Virus record (IMG/VR): IMGVR_UViG_3300013132_000081
Location: 1-46,769 of that record
Length of the DNA: 46,769 nt
Strand: one strand, 5' to 3'
From: a virus
Lineage: Duplodnaviria > Caudoviricetes
Part shown: positions 33,833-42,771 of the stretch, one piece after another
Layout: each line of letters starts with the position of its first letter
Numbering within the stretch: the stretch's first letter is position 1
The notes under the pieces: model-generated
The model's input: only the letters and a program-made list of their open reading frames with translations
What the model was told of the DNA's origin: nothing
The model's database searches: none
Translations under genes and position numbers: made by a program

Positions 33833-36415
33833 TCAGCCGTAAGCCGGCGCCGTTGCCTCCATGAGCCTGCCGGCGCCGCCCGGCAGCACGTACTGGCGCT
33901 GCCTGGTGATCGGGTTGGCCCGCTTGTAGGCCTGCCAGTCGTTCTCCAGGATGTTGGCGATCGCGACCACGCCGCCGGGCAGGACGAAGGTGCCGGCCTT
34001 GTTGACCACCTGGACGAAGGACTCCAGCTGCACGATGACGTCGTCGCCGTGCACCTGGACGACGGGCTCGGTGGCGCCGTAGACGGTCTGGCCCTGGGCC
34101 CAGATCAGCGCCTCGGTCGTCGGGTCCGTGTGGTCGCTGACGTTGGCCAGGTAGGCGCCGAGGTTCGGCTGGCCCGGGTCGTTGCCGGTGGCGGCCTGGT
34201 AGAAGGACCTGAACAGCTCCCAGCCAACCTGGAGGATCTGCTGGTTGGTGGTCTGCCGGTCGATGGTCGTGTTGACCCTGAGGCTGGGCAGGGCCTGCGC
34301 CTGGTTGCCCTCCACGAGCCACCGGAGGTACGCGTGGCCGAGCCCGGACGTGTCGGTGGCCAGCAGGCTCTCGAGGTCCGCCCGGTTCTTGTCGGTGCGG
34401 TCGAGCTTGACCCAGACCATCCGCTCGATGTGCGAGGTCTCGGTGAAGGCGTCCTCGCCCGTCACGATGATGGGGGCCTCGGTCGGCATCTCGATGATGG
34501 CCAGCGGGTTCTTGTCCGACCCGCCGCCCTTCTTGGTGGGGCTGCGGTCGTAGGCGTCGCGCAGGACCTGGTCCAGGGCGCGCTTGGACTCCTCGCGGCT
34601 GCCCGGCCGGTACTCGTCGAACCAGACGGGGATGCCGTTGGAGACGCCGACCTGGGCGAGGATGGCGTGCGGCGTCGTGCCCGTGATCGTGGTGAAGATC
34701 TTCCAGCCCAGCTTGTCGAGCAGGGCGCGGATCAGGGTCGTCTTGCCGGAGCCCGACTGGCCGGTGACCGCCAGGAAGGGGAACACCTCGAAGGTCGACC
34801 GCAGGGGCGCCGCGAAGAGCCACGCGATGATGGGGTGCATGATCTCCGGCCGGCGGAGGTTCAGCATCAGGTCCAGGGCACGGGGGTCCCAGGGCCCCTC
34901 CTGGATCTTCAGGGACTTGCTCGACAGGCTAGCCGCCGGGGGGATGTACCGCCAGTAGTCGGGGCCGATGTAGCCGTCCGGCAGGACGAACTGGCCGTCG
35001 TGCCAGCCGAGCACCGAGGTGGCCCGGCCCCGCCCGAGGAAGGGCCCCTCGTTCTGGAGGTTGCCCAGGAGGGCCGCGGCGTCCCTGGAGGAGCCGAGCC
35101 AGTTGCCGCCGACGGTCTCGGCCCAGGCCTTGATCGACGCGTCGCTGCGGAGGTTGTGCGACTGGAGCAGGACGTCCTTGCCGTTGACCATGCCCTCGTA
35201 CGCCTTCGAGCCGTCCTCCAGCGCGAGCTCGCGCAGCGGGTCCAGGGCCCAGTTGCTGATGACGGTCTCGGTGTCTTCGTCGTTCTCGTCCCGCGCCGGG
35301 GTGGTCCGGATGTAGACCCCGCGCTCCCGGTCGTAGGAGACGTTGCCGACGCTGGGCGGGACCGCGCTGGCCTCCATCACGACCCGGACCAGGTTCGGCA
35401 CCGTGGCCAGGTCCTTGCCGTCGGGGAGGGTGGCGAAGCGCAGGCTGTTGGGCCCGCGGTCGGGCGGCATGTGGCTGAGCTTGAACCACCACTTCCTCGC
35501 GGCGACGCGGCCGGCGCGGTCGCCGTCGAAGGCGATGACCACGTCCTTGTCCTCGAGGAGCTTGACCCACGCCTCCTTGGGGTACGCGCTGGCCCCCGAC
35601 GGCAGGGACAGGACGTCTATGTCCTGGCCCCAGAGGGCGGCGCTGGCGCACCAGGCGTCGGACTCGCCCTCGCAGAGCAGGACCCGCTTGTGGCCCTGCA
35701 TCTGGTACTCGCCGTAGAGGTGGGCGAGGTCGGACCCCTTGCGGGCGATGAGGTGCGACCGCGGTGAGCGGGTCTTCAGGGCCTTCACCTGGGGCTGGCC
35801 CTCGGCGTCGCGGGACAGGTGGGGGACGACGGTCGTCCAGTCGTCGTCGACGCCGACGTGCCAGTGGGCCCGGAGGAAGTCCGCGGTCAGGAGGGCCCAG
35901 CCGGGCTCCCCCTTGACGTTGGCCTTCTCGTCGATCAGGCGGAGGACGGCCGTCTGGTCCGCCGCCGCGAGGGAGCTTGCCTGGCGGGCGATCGCGATCA
36001 GGTCGGCGGGGTCGGCCTTGGGCCTCGCGTGGGCGGCCTGCTCGCCCGCCTGGGACCTCCAGTTGGGGTCGGCCTGGAACTCCTGCAGGAGGGCCGCCGC
36101 GTGGTCCACGGCCTGCGCCAGGGGCACCTGGAGGAAGCGCTGGAGGAAGTCGAACAGGTCGCCGTTCTTGAAGTCGCAGCCCCAGCACCCGACGCGGCTG
36201 AGGGCGAGCTCGTCCCCCGGCTGGTGGAACACCGCGAAGGAGGGCGACTCGTCGGGGTGGAAGGGGCAGAGCGACACCAGCCGCCCGTCCCCCGACGGCT
36301 CGAGCATGACCCCCTTGCGGCCCAGCACCCACTCGACGGGCAGGGCCCGCTTGATGCCGTGCATGTCGTGGGAGCGACGCGGACTCGCGTGCTCGAGCAG
36401 GCCCCAGTCGGCCAT
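33833..36415 (-). CDS. DNA primase-helicase (CHC2 zinc finger, TOPRIM, P-loop helicase)
   Basis: CPFH..PSF..CWGC; CEGESD, FDGDRAG, GKDL; Walker A GQSGSGKTT, Walker B WFDEY. Confidence 0.9.
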   Translation of the reverse strand: MADWGLLEHASPRRSHDMHGIKRALPVEWVLGRKGVMLEPSGDGRLVSLCPFHPDESPSFAVFHQPGDELALSRVGCWGCDFKNGDLFDFLQRFLQVPLAQAVDHAAALLQEFQADPNWRSQAGEQAAHARPKADPADLIAIARQASSLAAADQTAVLRLIDEKANVKGEPGWALLTADFLRAHWHVGVDDDWTTVVPHLSRDAEGQPQVKALKTRSPRSHLIARKGSDLAHLYGEYQMQGHKRVLLCEGESDAWCASAALWGQDIDVLSLPSGASAYPKEAWVKLLEDKDVVIAFDGDRAGRVAARKWWFKLSHMPPDRGPNSLRFATLPDGKDLATVPNLVRVVMEASAVPPSVGNVSYDRERGVYIRTTPARDENDEDTETVISNWALDPLRELALEDGSKAYEGMVNGKDVLLQSHNLRSDASIKAWAETVGGNWLGSSRDAAALLGNLQNEGPFLGRGRATSVLGWHDGQFVLPDGYIGPDYWRYIPPAASLSSKSLKIQEGPWDPRALDLMLNLRRPEIMHPIIAWLFAAPLRSTFEVFPFLAVTGQSGSGKTTLIRALLDKLGWKIFTTITGTTPHAILAQVGVSNGIPVWFDEYRPGSREESKRALDQVLRDAYDRSPTKKGGGSDKNPLAIIEMPTEAPIIVTGEDAFTETSHIERMVWVKLDRTDKNRADLESLLATDTSGLGHAYLRWLVEGNQAQALPSLRVNTTIDRQTTNQQILQVGWELFRSFYQAATGNDPGQPNLGAYLANVSDHTDPTTEALIWAQGQTVYGATEPVVQVHGDDVIVQLESFVQVVNKAGTFVLPGGVVAIANILENDWQAYKRANPITRQRQYVLPGGAGRLMEATAPAYG

Positions 36416-36458
36416 GTGTGTGATCCTTCCCGCCAGGGACCCGCCCAGGTCCTTGGAT

Positions 36459-36515
36459 TGGTGGGGCGCAGGGAGTTGAACCCTATCCCGCGTCCGGCCC
36501 GGTGCCGGTCGCCCC
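36459..36515 (-). ncRNA. Truncated tRNA-like element (acceptor stem, T arm, CCA; no canonical anticodon arm)
   Basis: GGGGCG...TAGGG-TTCAACT-CCCTG-CGCCCC-A-CCA, 57 nt, intergenic. Confidence 0.6.
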
Positions 36516-36523
36516 CGGTGCTG

Positions 36524-36913
36524 CTAGTCGAACTGGGGAGCCTGGAAGCGCCCCTCCGCCTCGAGGGCGTGGAGCCAGGCCGCGCCCATGGCGGTCAGCT
36601 GGACGAGCTCCTCGCGCAGGGAGTCGAAGTCCCCGTTGTCGTAGGTCGTCCGTCGCGCGATGCGGCCGAGCTGGGCCTGGACCTCGTTGCTCTTGCGGAG
36701 CAGGAGGAGGGACACCTCCTCGGCGACCTCGCCGCCCTCCTCCATGAGGATCCCGAGCCGCTTGCCGGCGTCGTGGCCGGGTGCGGCCATCGACTCGGGG
36801 CCGTGCTTCCTGCCGGCCCTGAGGATCTCCTCCGAGACCTCGTCGAGGATGCCGGCCAGGATCACGCCGCTGACGGCGTCGGCCACCGTCCCCTGGACGC
36901 TCGCCACGCCCAT
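36524..36913 (-). CDS. MazG-like nucleotide pyrophosphohydrolase
   Basis: ILMEEGGEVAEE...LREELVQ.AM...W motifs. Confidence 0.75.
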   Translation of the reverse strand: MGVASVQGTVADAVSGVILAGILDEVSEEILRAGRKHGPESMAAPGHDAGKRLGILMEEGGEVAEEVSLLLLRKSNEVQAQLGRIARRTTYDNGDFDSLREELVQLTAMGAAWLHALEAEGRFQAPQFD

Positions 36914-37788
36914 CAGAAGCTCGCCTGGGGGGCCGCGGGCGCTCCGGCCTGGGGAACGCCGGGCGGCTGGGGCGCGGGGACCCCGGGCTGGCTCGGCGGC
37001 TGGAAGGCCGGCGGCGCGGCCGCGGGGGCGCCGGGCATGCCGGGCATCTGCGGCGGGGCCTGCTGGACCGGGGGCGCCTGCGGGGGCGCCATCGGCGGGG
37101 CCTGCTGCTCCTGGGCGGGCGGAGCCGCGTACTGCTGCGGCGCGGGCGGGGCCATGGCCGCAGCCTGGGCCGGGGGCGCCATGCCGGGCTGGGGCATCCC
37201 CGGGGCGGGCATGCCCCCGGGGGCCGGCGGCGGGAAGCCCCCTCCGGCCGGAGGGGCCTGGACCCCGGGCATCGCGGGCGGCGGCGGGGTGCCCAGGCCG
37301 AGCGAGCCCGCGGTCGGCGCGGCGGCCGGCTCCGGCGGGTCCACGCCGTCGTCCTCGGTGAACGACCCGAAGTTGTTCCTCGTCGCGTCGTTCTTCTGGA
37401 GCGTGGCGTTGGCCTTGCAGGCCCGGTTGACGAGCTGCTGGGCGATGAACTCGCAGTGCTCGCGGGTGATGGCCTGGTTGCCGAAGGACTGGATCAGCCA
37501 CTCCTTCGTGATGCCGAAGGCCAGCATGTCGCCGAGGAAGAAGCCCAGCGACTGCTCGGCCTTGTCGTCGTGCTGGTCGGGGAGGACCCAGTTGTGCCAG
37601 ACCTTCCGGCCCTTGGCCTTGCCCTCGTTGATGACCTCCATCTGCACGGAGACCATCTGCTTGCCCGACTGCGCGGTCTTGCCCTGGCCCGTGAGGATCC
37701 GGAACCGGTAGGTCGCGGGGGCGAGGGGCTGGAAGCCCGCGTTGGGCTGGACGTTCTGGAGCACTGCTCCCCAGGTCACGGAACTCAC
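36913..37788 (-). CDS. ssDNA-binding-like protein (DUF669-like) with long Pro/Ala/Gln tail
   Basis: FQPLAPATY...SGKQM...KGRKVW; follows the Sak4-like ATPase; GGAGG RBS. Confidence 0.75.
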   Translation of the reverse strand: MSSVTWGAVLQNVQPNAGFQPLAPATYRFRILTGQGKTAQSGKQMVSVQMEVINEGKAKGRKVWHNWVLPDQHDDKAEQSLGFFLGDMLAFGITKEWLIQSFGNQAITREHCEFIAQQLVNRACKANATLQKNDATRNNFGSFTEDDGVDPPEPAAAPTAGSLGLGTPPPPAMPGVQAPPAGGGFPPPAPGGMPAPGMPQPGMAPPAQAAAMAPPAPQQYAAPPAQEQQAPPMAPPQAPPVQQAPPQMPGMPGAPAAAPPAFQPPSQPGVPAPQPPGVPQAGAPAAPQASF

Positions 37789-38660
37789 TGCTGGATACCT
37801 CCGGTGTTTGCGGGGCCGGCGTTGTACCGGCCCTCGAGGATGTTGATGAAGTCGGTCAGGTCGTACCCGCCGGCCCCGGTGTCGATGTCCTTCAGCGCCA
37901 CGACGGAGCCGAAGGTCCGGGACAGGACGTGGGTGCGGTCCTTGGCCACGTATTGGCCGTAGGGCTGGATCATGAGCCGGCGCAGGAGGCCCTGCCCGTC
38001 GGCCGCCTGCTCGGTGTACAGGAACCCTACGAGGTCCACGAAGCCGGGCAGGGCCTTCTGCAGTGACCCCTGGAGGAACGGCCGGAAGAGGCCGCCGTTC
38101 TTGTCGTCGGTGAGCGTCAGGAAGATCACGTTCTGGAGCGGGTTGGCCGGGTCCTTCGCGATGTCGCGCATGCGGCGGACGACGGCCTCCATCTCGATCA
38201 GGAGGTCGCCCCAGTGCTGGGTCTGCATCCGCTCGGTCCCGCGGATGGCGTCGCGGCACCGCTTCTGGATCTCGGTCAGCGAGTCCAGGATGGCCGACTT
38301 GAACGGGTGCATCCCGGAGTCGAGCCACTGGTGGACGCGCGCCCAGGTCGCCCAGTCGCGGACGATGACCCGGACCGTCTCGGCGCAGACCTCCTGGCCG
38401 GGCTCGCAGCCCTGGACGCCCGGCGGGGCGTACAGCAGGGGGTTCCAGATCTGCTTGGGCCACGACGGCGTGTACTCGGAGCCGCCCTCCGCGTCGAGGA
38501 CCAGCCGGGGGCCCGGGACGCTGTCGGCCAGCGTGGACTTGCCGCCGCCCGACTCCCCGTGGATGACCGCCGTGAAGCTGCTCCTCTGCCAGGCCGCGAC
38601 CTCCGCGACCTGGGCGACCTGGGCGACGACGGCCTGCTGGTCGTACTGCTGCTGGGTCAT
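37785..38660 (-). CDS. AAA ATPase, Sak4-like recombinase
   Basis: HGESGGGKST, LVLDAEGG, ILDSLTE, AKDR motifs. Confidence 0.85.
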   Translation of the reverse strand: MTQQQYDQQAVVAQVAQVAEVAAWQRSSFTAVIHGESGGGKSTLADSVPGPRLVLDAEGGSEYTPSWPKQIWNPLLYAPPGVQGCEPGQEVCAETVRVIVRDWATWARVHQWLDSGMHPFKSAILDSLTEIQKRCRDAIRGTERMQTQHWGDLLIEMEAVVRRMRDIAKDPANPLQNVIFLTLTDDKNGGLFRPFLQGSLQKALPGFVDLVGFLYTEQAADGQGLLRRLMIQPYGQYVAKDRTHVLSRTFGSVVALKDIDTGAGGYDLTDFINILEGRYNAGPANTGGIQQ

Positions 38661-40192
38661 CCCTTCTCCACCTCTGTGTACCTCTCGTAGGGGTCGTGCT
38701 GGACGAACTCCAGCTGGACCACGGACTCTACGTCGGAGCCGTCGTCGAACTGGGGGCAGGTCATGAAGAAGGGGCAGTCCCACGAGCAGTCGCGCGTCGG
38801 GTTGGGGTAGGCCACCACCTGGTGGTCGGCGCCCTCGTCGAGGTACCGGCGGACCCGGAGGATGTCGGTGACCTCGCCCCAGACCCGCTTGTGGAAGTTC
38901 CGGTAGACGGTGTCGTTGTGGGACACCGACGCCCTGCCGTAGAAGGGCGGGTTGGACCTGGCAGTCCGCTTGACCTTGCGGAGCATGTTCCACATGCCGC
39001 CGCTGGCGAAGCGCTGGTCGGGCCGGCCCTCGGCGATCGCCTCCATCCGCTGGAGGAGGCCGTAGGTCTTGAGCTGCTCGTCGAGGGGCCCCGTCTTGGG
39101 CAGGTCGCTGAGGGTCTGGCAGGACTTGTGGTCCATGAACACCACGCGGCCGTCGGAGCGCAGCTCGGTCTCGGTGTCGAGCTTGCCGATGAGCCAGACC
39201 TCGGCGCCCTCGATGTGCCCCAGGTAGGCCTCGATCTCCCTCTCCGCGGAGAGGACGTTGATCTCGCTGTCGGCGCCCTCCTCGACCAGCCACTCGAAGT
39301 AGCCCCTGAGCATGATCTTGACCAGCTCGTAGTCCTCGAGCATGCGGCCGTGGAGGTGGTCCGGCAGGTTGGGGTCCTCGAGCCGGGCCTCGACGTGGCG
39401 GGCGAGCGGGGTCTCCCAGTCGAAGGTCTCGGGGTCGCGGGCCGGCTCGGCGTAGTACAGCTCGAGCGGGTGGTGGATCATGTTGCCGATGGAGAGCGGG
39501 CCCACGCCGTCGCGGCGGGGCGTGAGCTTGTGGTAGTAGGCCAGCCACCACTTGCGGCGGCAGCGCTTGAATGCCCGGAGCTCGGAGTTGCTGAACTTCA
39601 TGACGGGTGCCGAGACCGCGCCCTCCGCGAGGGTCGGCTCGGCGACGACTGGGTGGTCCACTGGTGATCCTTCCTGCGAGGGGATGCCCGTCCCCTCCGA
39701 CTCCTGAACAGTAGCGCGCGTGGTCGGCGCGTGGTCCCCGTGTGCGGCGGCCGCCTCGGCCCCCATCTCCCGGGCTCTGTCGGCCCACTCGTCAGCCCTC
39801 AGGTTCCCCGCGTTGTCCCGGTGGCCCTTTACCCAGACCAGCTCGCACTGGGCGCCCTGGTAGGCCCACAGGGCCTCCTGGACGAGCTCCAGGTTGGCCG
39901 GCTCGGTGCCGTCGGCCTTGCGCCAGCCCCTGGCCTCCCAGCCCGGCGCCCACTTCGTGAGGATGTTGACCCAGAGCTGGCTGTCGGTGTAGATCCTGGT
40001 GACGGGCGAGCCGTCGCCGGCCTCGCCGCACAGGAGCATGGCCGCGACCAGGGCCTGGCCCTCCATCGCGTTGTTGGTCGCCCAGTCGGCGGCGCCGAGC
40101 AGGACGGGGCCGGAGGCGTCGACGACGGCCCAGCCGCCGGGCCCGGGGTTGGTGGGCCCGGCCGACCCGTCGGTCCACAGCTCGTCCGTCAC
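38657..40192 (-). CDS. RNase HI fused in frame to a PD-(D/E)XK (Cas4/RecB-like) exonuclease
   Basis: WTDGS..NPGPGGW, TNNAME, YTDSQ, WVKGH..GN..AD; then SNSE...CRRKW, GKLD, MDHK, C.WDCPF...C; no stop codon between. Confidence 0.85.
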   Translation of the reverse strand: MTDELWTDGSAGPTNPGPGGWAVVDASGPVLLGAADWATNNAMEGQALVAAMLLCGEAGDGSPVTRIYTDSQLWVNILTKWAPGWEARGWRKADGTEPANLELVQEALWAYQGAQCELVWVKGHRDNAGNLRADEWADRAREMGAEAAAAHGDHAPTTRATVQESEGTGIPSQEGSPVDHPVVAEPTLAEGAVSAPVMKFSNSELRAFKRCRRKWWLAYYHKLTPRRDGVGPLSIGNMIHHPLELYYAEPARDPETFDWETPLARHVEARLEDPNLPDHLHGRMLEDYELVKIMLRGYFEWLVEEGADSEINVLSAEREIEAYLGHIEGAEVWLIGKLDTETELRSDGRVVFMDHKSCQTLSDLPKTGPLDEQLKTYGLLQRMEAIAEGRPDQRFASGGMWNMLRKVKRTARSNPPFYGRASVSHNDTVYRNFHKRVWGEVTDILRVRRYLDEGADHQVVAYPNPTRDCSWDCPFFMTCPQFDDGSDVESVVQLEFVQHDPYERYTEVEKG

Positions 40193-42066
40193 GCCGGCCC
40201 CTTGTGGCCGAGCATGCGCCGGAGGATGCCCTCGTCGTTGACGACCTCCTGGAAGTGCACCTCCTTGCCCTCCAGCTTCTCGATCTTGTCGAACTCCTCG
40301 AGGGTGCCCTCGGAGACCACCGTGATGATGGAGACCGAGCCGGCCTTCTGGCCGGGCCTGTCGACGCGGGCCTTGAACTGCTTGTTCTCGATCGGGTCCC
40401 AGGACTCCTGGAGGAACACCAGGGTGTCGGCGGCCACCAGCTCGTTCAGGCCCTCCTTGGCGGCGCTGATGACGCACAGGGCGACCTTGGCCGAGCCCTG
40501 CTCGAAGGCCCTCAGGTAGGCGTCCTGCTCGTGGTCGTTCATCCCGCCGGCGACGAGGCAGTACGGGATCTTGGCCTTGAGCAGGGCCTCCTCGCAGAGG
40601 GCGATGAGCTGGCGCGACGGGGCACCGAAGACGATCTGGCGGGACGGGCCCGCCTCCTTGGTGATGCCTATCTCCTCGACGAGCTCCAGCATGACCTTGA
40701 CCTTGTTCGACGGGGCCTTGAGCTGGAGGTCCAGCAGGGTCTCGCCGGTCTCCGGGTCCTTGCGCCCCTTGTCGACCATCTCGCCGTAGGCCTGGGACAG
40801 CTGGTGGAGGCGGCCGCTGGCCGTCATCTTGCGGGTGTCGACCAGCACGCCGCCGTCGAGCTCGGCCATCATGTCCTTGGCCATGGACGCGTACGCGGTC
40901 GCCTGCTTGGGCTCCATCGGCACGGAGAGGGTGTGCTCCATGACCTGGGGCTTGAACGGGTCGAACTGGACGCGGAGCCGGCGGATGCCGTACGGCTCGA
41001 AGGCCTGGTAGAACTCCTCGCGGGTCTCCGGCTTCACCCCGCCGATCTCCATCCCGCCGAAGGCGTTCCACATCGTGGTGGCGTACCTGTCGACCATCCT
41101 GGAGTAGGCCGGCCAGGCGACCTCGTCGAGGAAGTTCAGGATGGACCAGGCCTCGGCGCTGTTGTTGGACACGGGGGTCCCGGTCAGGGCGTAGCGGAAG
41201 CGGGCGGGCGTGGTGCCGACCCGCTGGGTGCCGAAGGCGATCGCCTTGAGGGCGCGGGTCTGCTTGGACTTGCGGTCCTTCGCCCGGTGCGCCTCGTCGG
41301 CGACGACCGTGGACCAGTCGACCTCGTTGAGGAGGTTGGGCTCCCGCTCCTTCGGGGTCATCTCGATGTTCCCGAAGGCCTCCAGGCGCGACAGGCCGGC
41401 GAGGCTCTCCCAGTTGGTCACGACGACCTGCGGCCGCTCGTCGGCGGGGACCTCCGGGTCGGTCAGGCGCGCGAGGAGCTTGCGCTGCTGGGCCTTGCCC
41501 TTGGGCATGACCTCGACGCGCAGCTCCCCCCAGAACGGGCCCTGGCCGTCGCGGTCGTCGTGGGCCTCCTTGACCCACGTGCGCCGGACCTTGTTCGGGC
41601 AGACGACCAGGGCCGGGAAGACCTCGTCCTCGCCGTGCAGGGCGACGGCCAGCTTCATGGCGGCCAGGGTGGTGCGGGTCTTGCCCCCGCCCATCTCGTC
41701 CATCTCGGCGTAGCGCTCGGCGAAGACCATCGCCCAGGTGGCCACGCGCTGGAGCGGCCAGAGGCGCTCGGCCGTCGGCCCCTGGAGCGGGAAGTCCTCC
41801 ATGTACCGGAGAGTCAGGAGCGGGCCGAAGCGGTGCTCCCAGTGGTGCTGGCCCCAGGCCACGTAGGTGGGGTCGGGCTCGATGGACCAGGCGAAGACGC
41901 CGTTGACGGCCACGTAGGCCGGCCAGGTGGCCGTGGCCACCCAGGCACCCTGCGGTCCGACGCCCGCCTTCCAGGTCGCCCCGGGCACCTGCTTGGCGAG
42001 GTCCCCCTCGTGCAGGCCGCACTCGAGGACGAAGGCGTCCATCGCCTGGTCGTACGAGGCCCTCAC
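40189..42066 (-). CDS. SNF2-family helicase
   Basis: DEMGGGKT, DEAH, LTGTP, EGLN, R.DRPGQ motifs. Confidence 0.9.
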   Translation of the reverse strand: MRASYDQAMDAFVLECGLHEGDLAKQVPGATWKAGVGPQGAWVATATWPAYVAVNGVFAWSIEPDPTYVAWGQHHWEHRFGPLLTLRYMEDFPLQGPTAERLWPLQRVATWAMVFAERYAEMDEMGGGKTRTTLAAMKLAVALHGEDEVFPALVVCPNKVRRTWVKEAHDDRDGQGPFWGELRVEVMPKGKAQQRKLLARLTDPEVPADERPQVVVTNWESLAGLSRLEAFGNIEMTPKEREPNLLNEVDWSTVVADEAHRAKDRKSKQTRALKAIAFGTQRVGTTPARFRYALTGTPVSNNSAEAWSILNFLDEVAWPAYSRMVDRYATTMWNAFGGMEIGGVKPETREEFYQAFEPYGIRRLRVQFDPFKPQVMEHTLSVPMEPKQATAYASMAKDMMAELDGGVLVDTRKMTASGRLHQLSQAYGEMVDKGRKDPETGETLLDLQLKAPSNKVKVMLELVEEIGITKEAGPSRQIVFGAPSRQLIALCEEALLKAKIPYCLVAGGMNDHEQDAYLRAFEQGSAKVALCVISAAKEGLNELVAADTLVFLQESWDPIENKQFKARVDRPGQKAGSVSIITVVSEGTLEEFDKIEKLEGKEVHFQEVVNDEGILRRMLGHKGPA

Positions 42067-42257
42067 AGGAGCCCAGCCCGGGGATCGATGAGGATTGCGG
42101 CCACGACCAGGGCGACCGCCAGGAGGCCGGGCAGCACGCCGACCTTGACGGACCGGCCGGTGCGGGCGTAGCTGATGCCCATCCCGATGATCGCCAGCTG
42201 CCAGAGGAGGGCAGCGCCGGCGAGGACGCAGAGGATGAGCTGGATGGTCATGGTCAC
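42063..42257 (-). CDS. Small two-TM membrane protein
   Basis: Two hydrophobic segments; GTGA coupling at both ends. Confidence 0.7.
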   Translation of the reverse strand: MTMTIQLILCVLAGAALLWQLAIIGMGISYARTGRSVKVGVLPGLLAVALVVAAILIDPRAGLL

Positions 42258-42721
42258 AGGAGGCTCCTGGGGTCGATGAGGTTCTGGCGGACTGCGTAGA
42301 CGAGGGCGTGCCGGGCTGCGTCGCGGCGGTGGCCGGCCTCGCCCTTGGCACCGTCCCACCAGCCGACGGCCTTGAGCTTCCGGCTCCCCTCGGCGAAGGA
42401 CTTGTCCGAGGGCAGCTGGCGGGCGAACGGGGTGTGGTACCAGCGGCAGAAGGTCTGCAGCACGCCGATCTGCTTGATGGACCACATGACCTCGTCGGAA
42501 GAGGCCTCCTTGGCGGTCCGCTGGTTGACGGTGAACCCCTCCATGAGGACCAGGTCCAGGTCGCCGGTCTGGATCCTCGTGAAGGCGTAGTCGATGAACT
42601 CGTCGTGCGGCAGCTCGCCGCCGCGGAAGGCGACCGAGCTCTTGTCCCCGACGGTCCAGGTGAGGTCGCCGTAGCCGGTCATCTTTCCGGGGTCGACGAT
42701 CAGGGCGGTGCGGTGCTCCAC
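42254..42721 (-). CDS. RuvC-like Holliday junction resolvase
   Basis: VDPGKMTG, LMEGF, HRRDAARH motifs. Confidence 0.75.
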   Translation of the reverse strand: MEHRTALIVDPGKMTGYGDLTWTVGDKSSVAFRGGELPHDEFIDYAFTRIQTGDLDLVLMEGFTVNQRTAKEASSDEVMWSIKQIGVLQTFCRWYHTPFARQLPSDKSFAEGSRKLKAVGWWDGAKGEAGHRRDAARHALVYAVRQNLIDPRSLL

Positions 42722-42771
42722 TGCTCTCCTTCCGGCCACCCGGTGCCCACCGGCGGCGCACATGGATCGTA

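Noticed and set aside
36459-36515. Canonical tRNA gene or attP core
   Set aside because: Too short for a cloverleaf, no assignable anticodon, and no adjacent integrase; kept only as a tRNA-like element.
36913-37340. Pro/Ala/Gln repeats in the SSB-like tail as a DNA repeat element
   Set aside because: Low-complexity protein tail with no exact DNA periodicity.
38657-39661. Cas4-like nuclease as evidence of CRISPR-Cas
   Set aside because: No repeat-spacer array or other cas genes; it sits in a standard exonuclease-Sak4-SSB recombination module.
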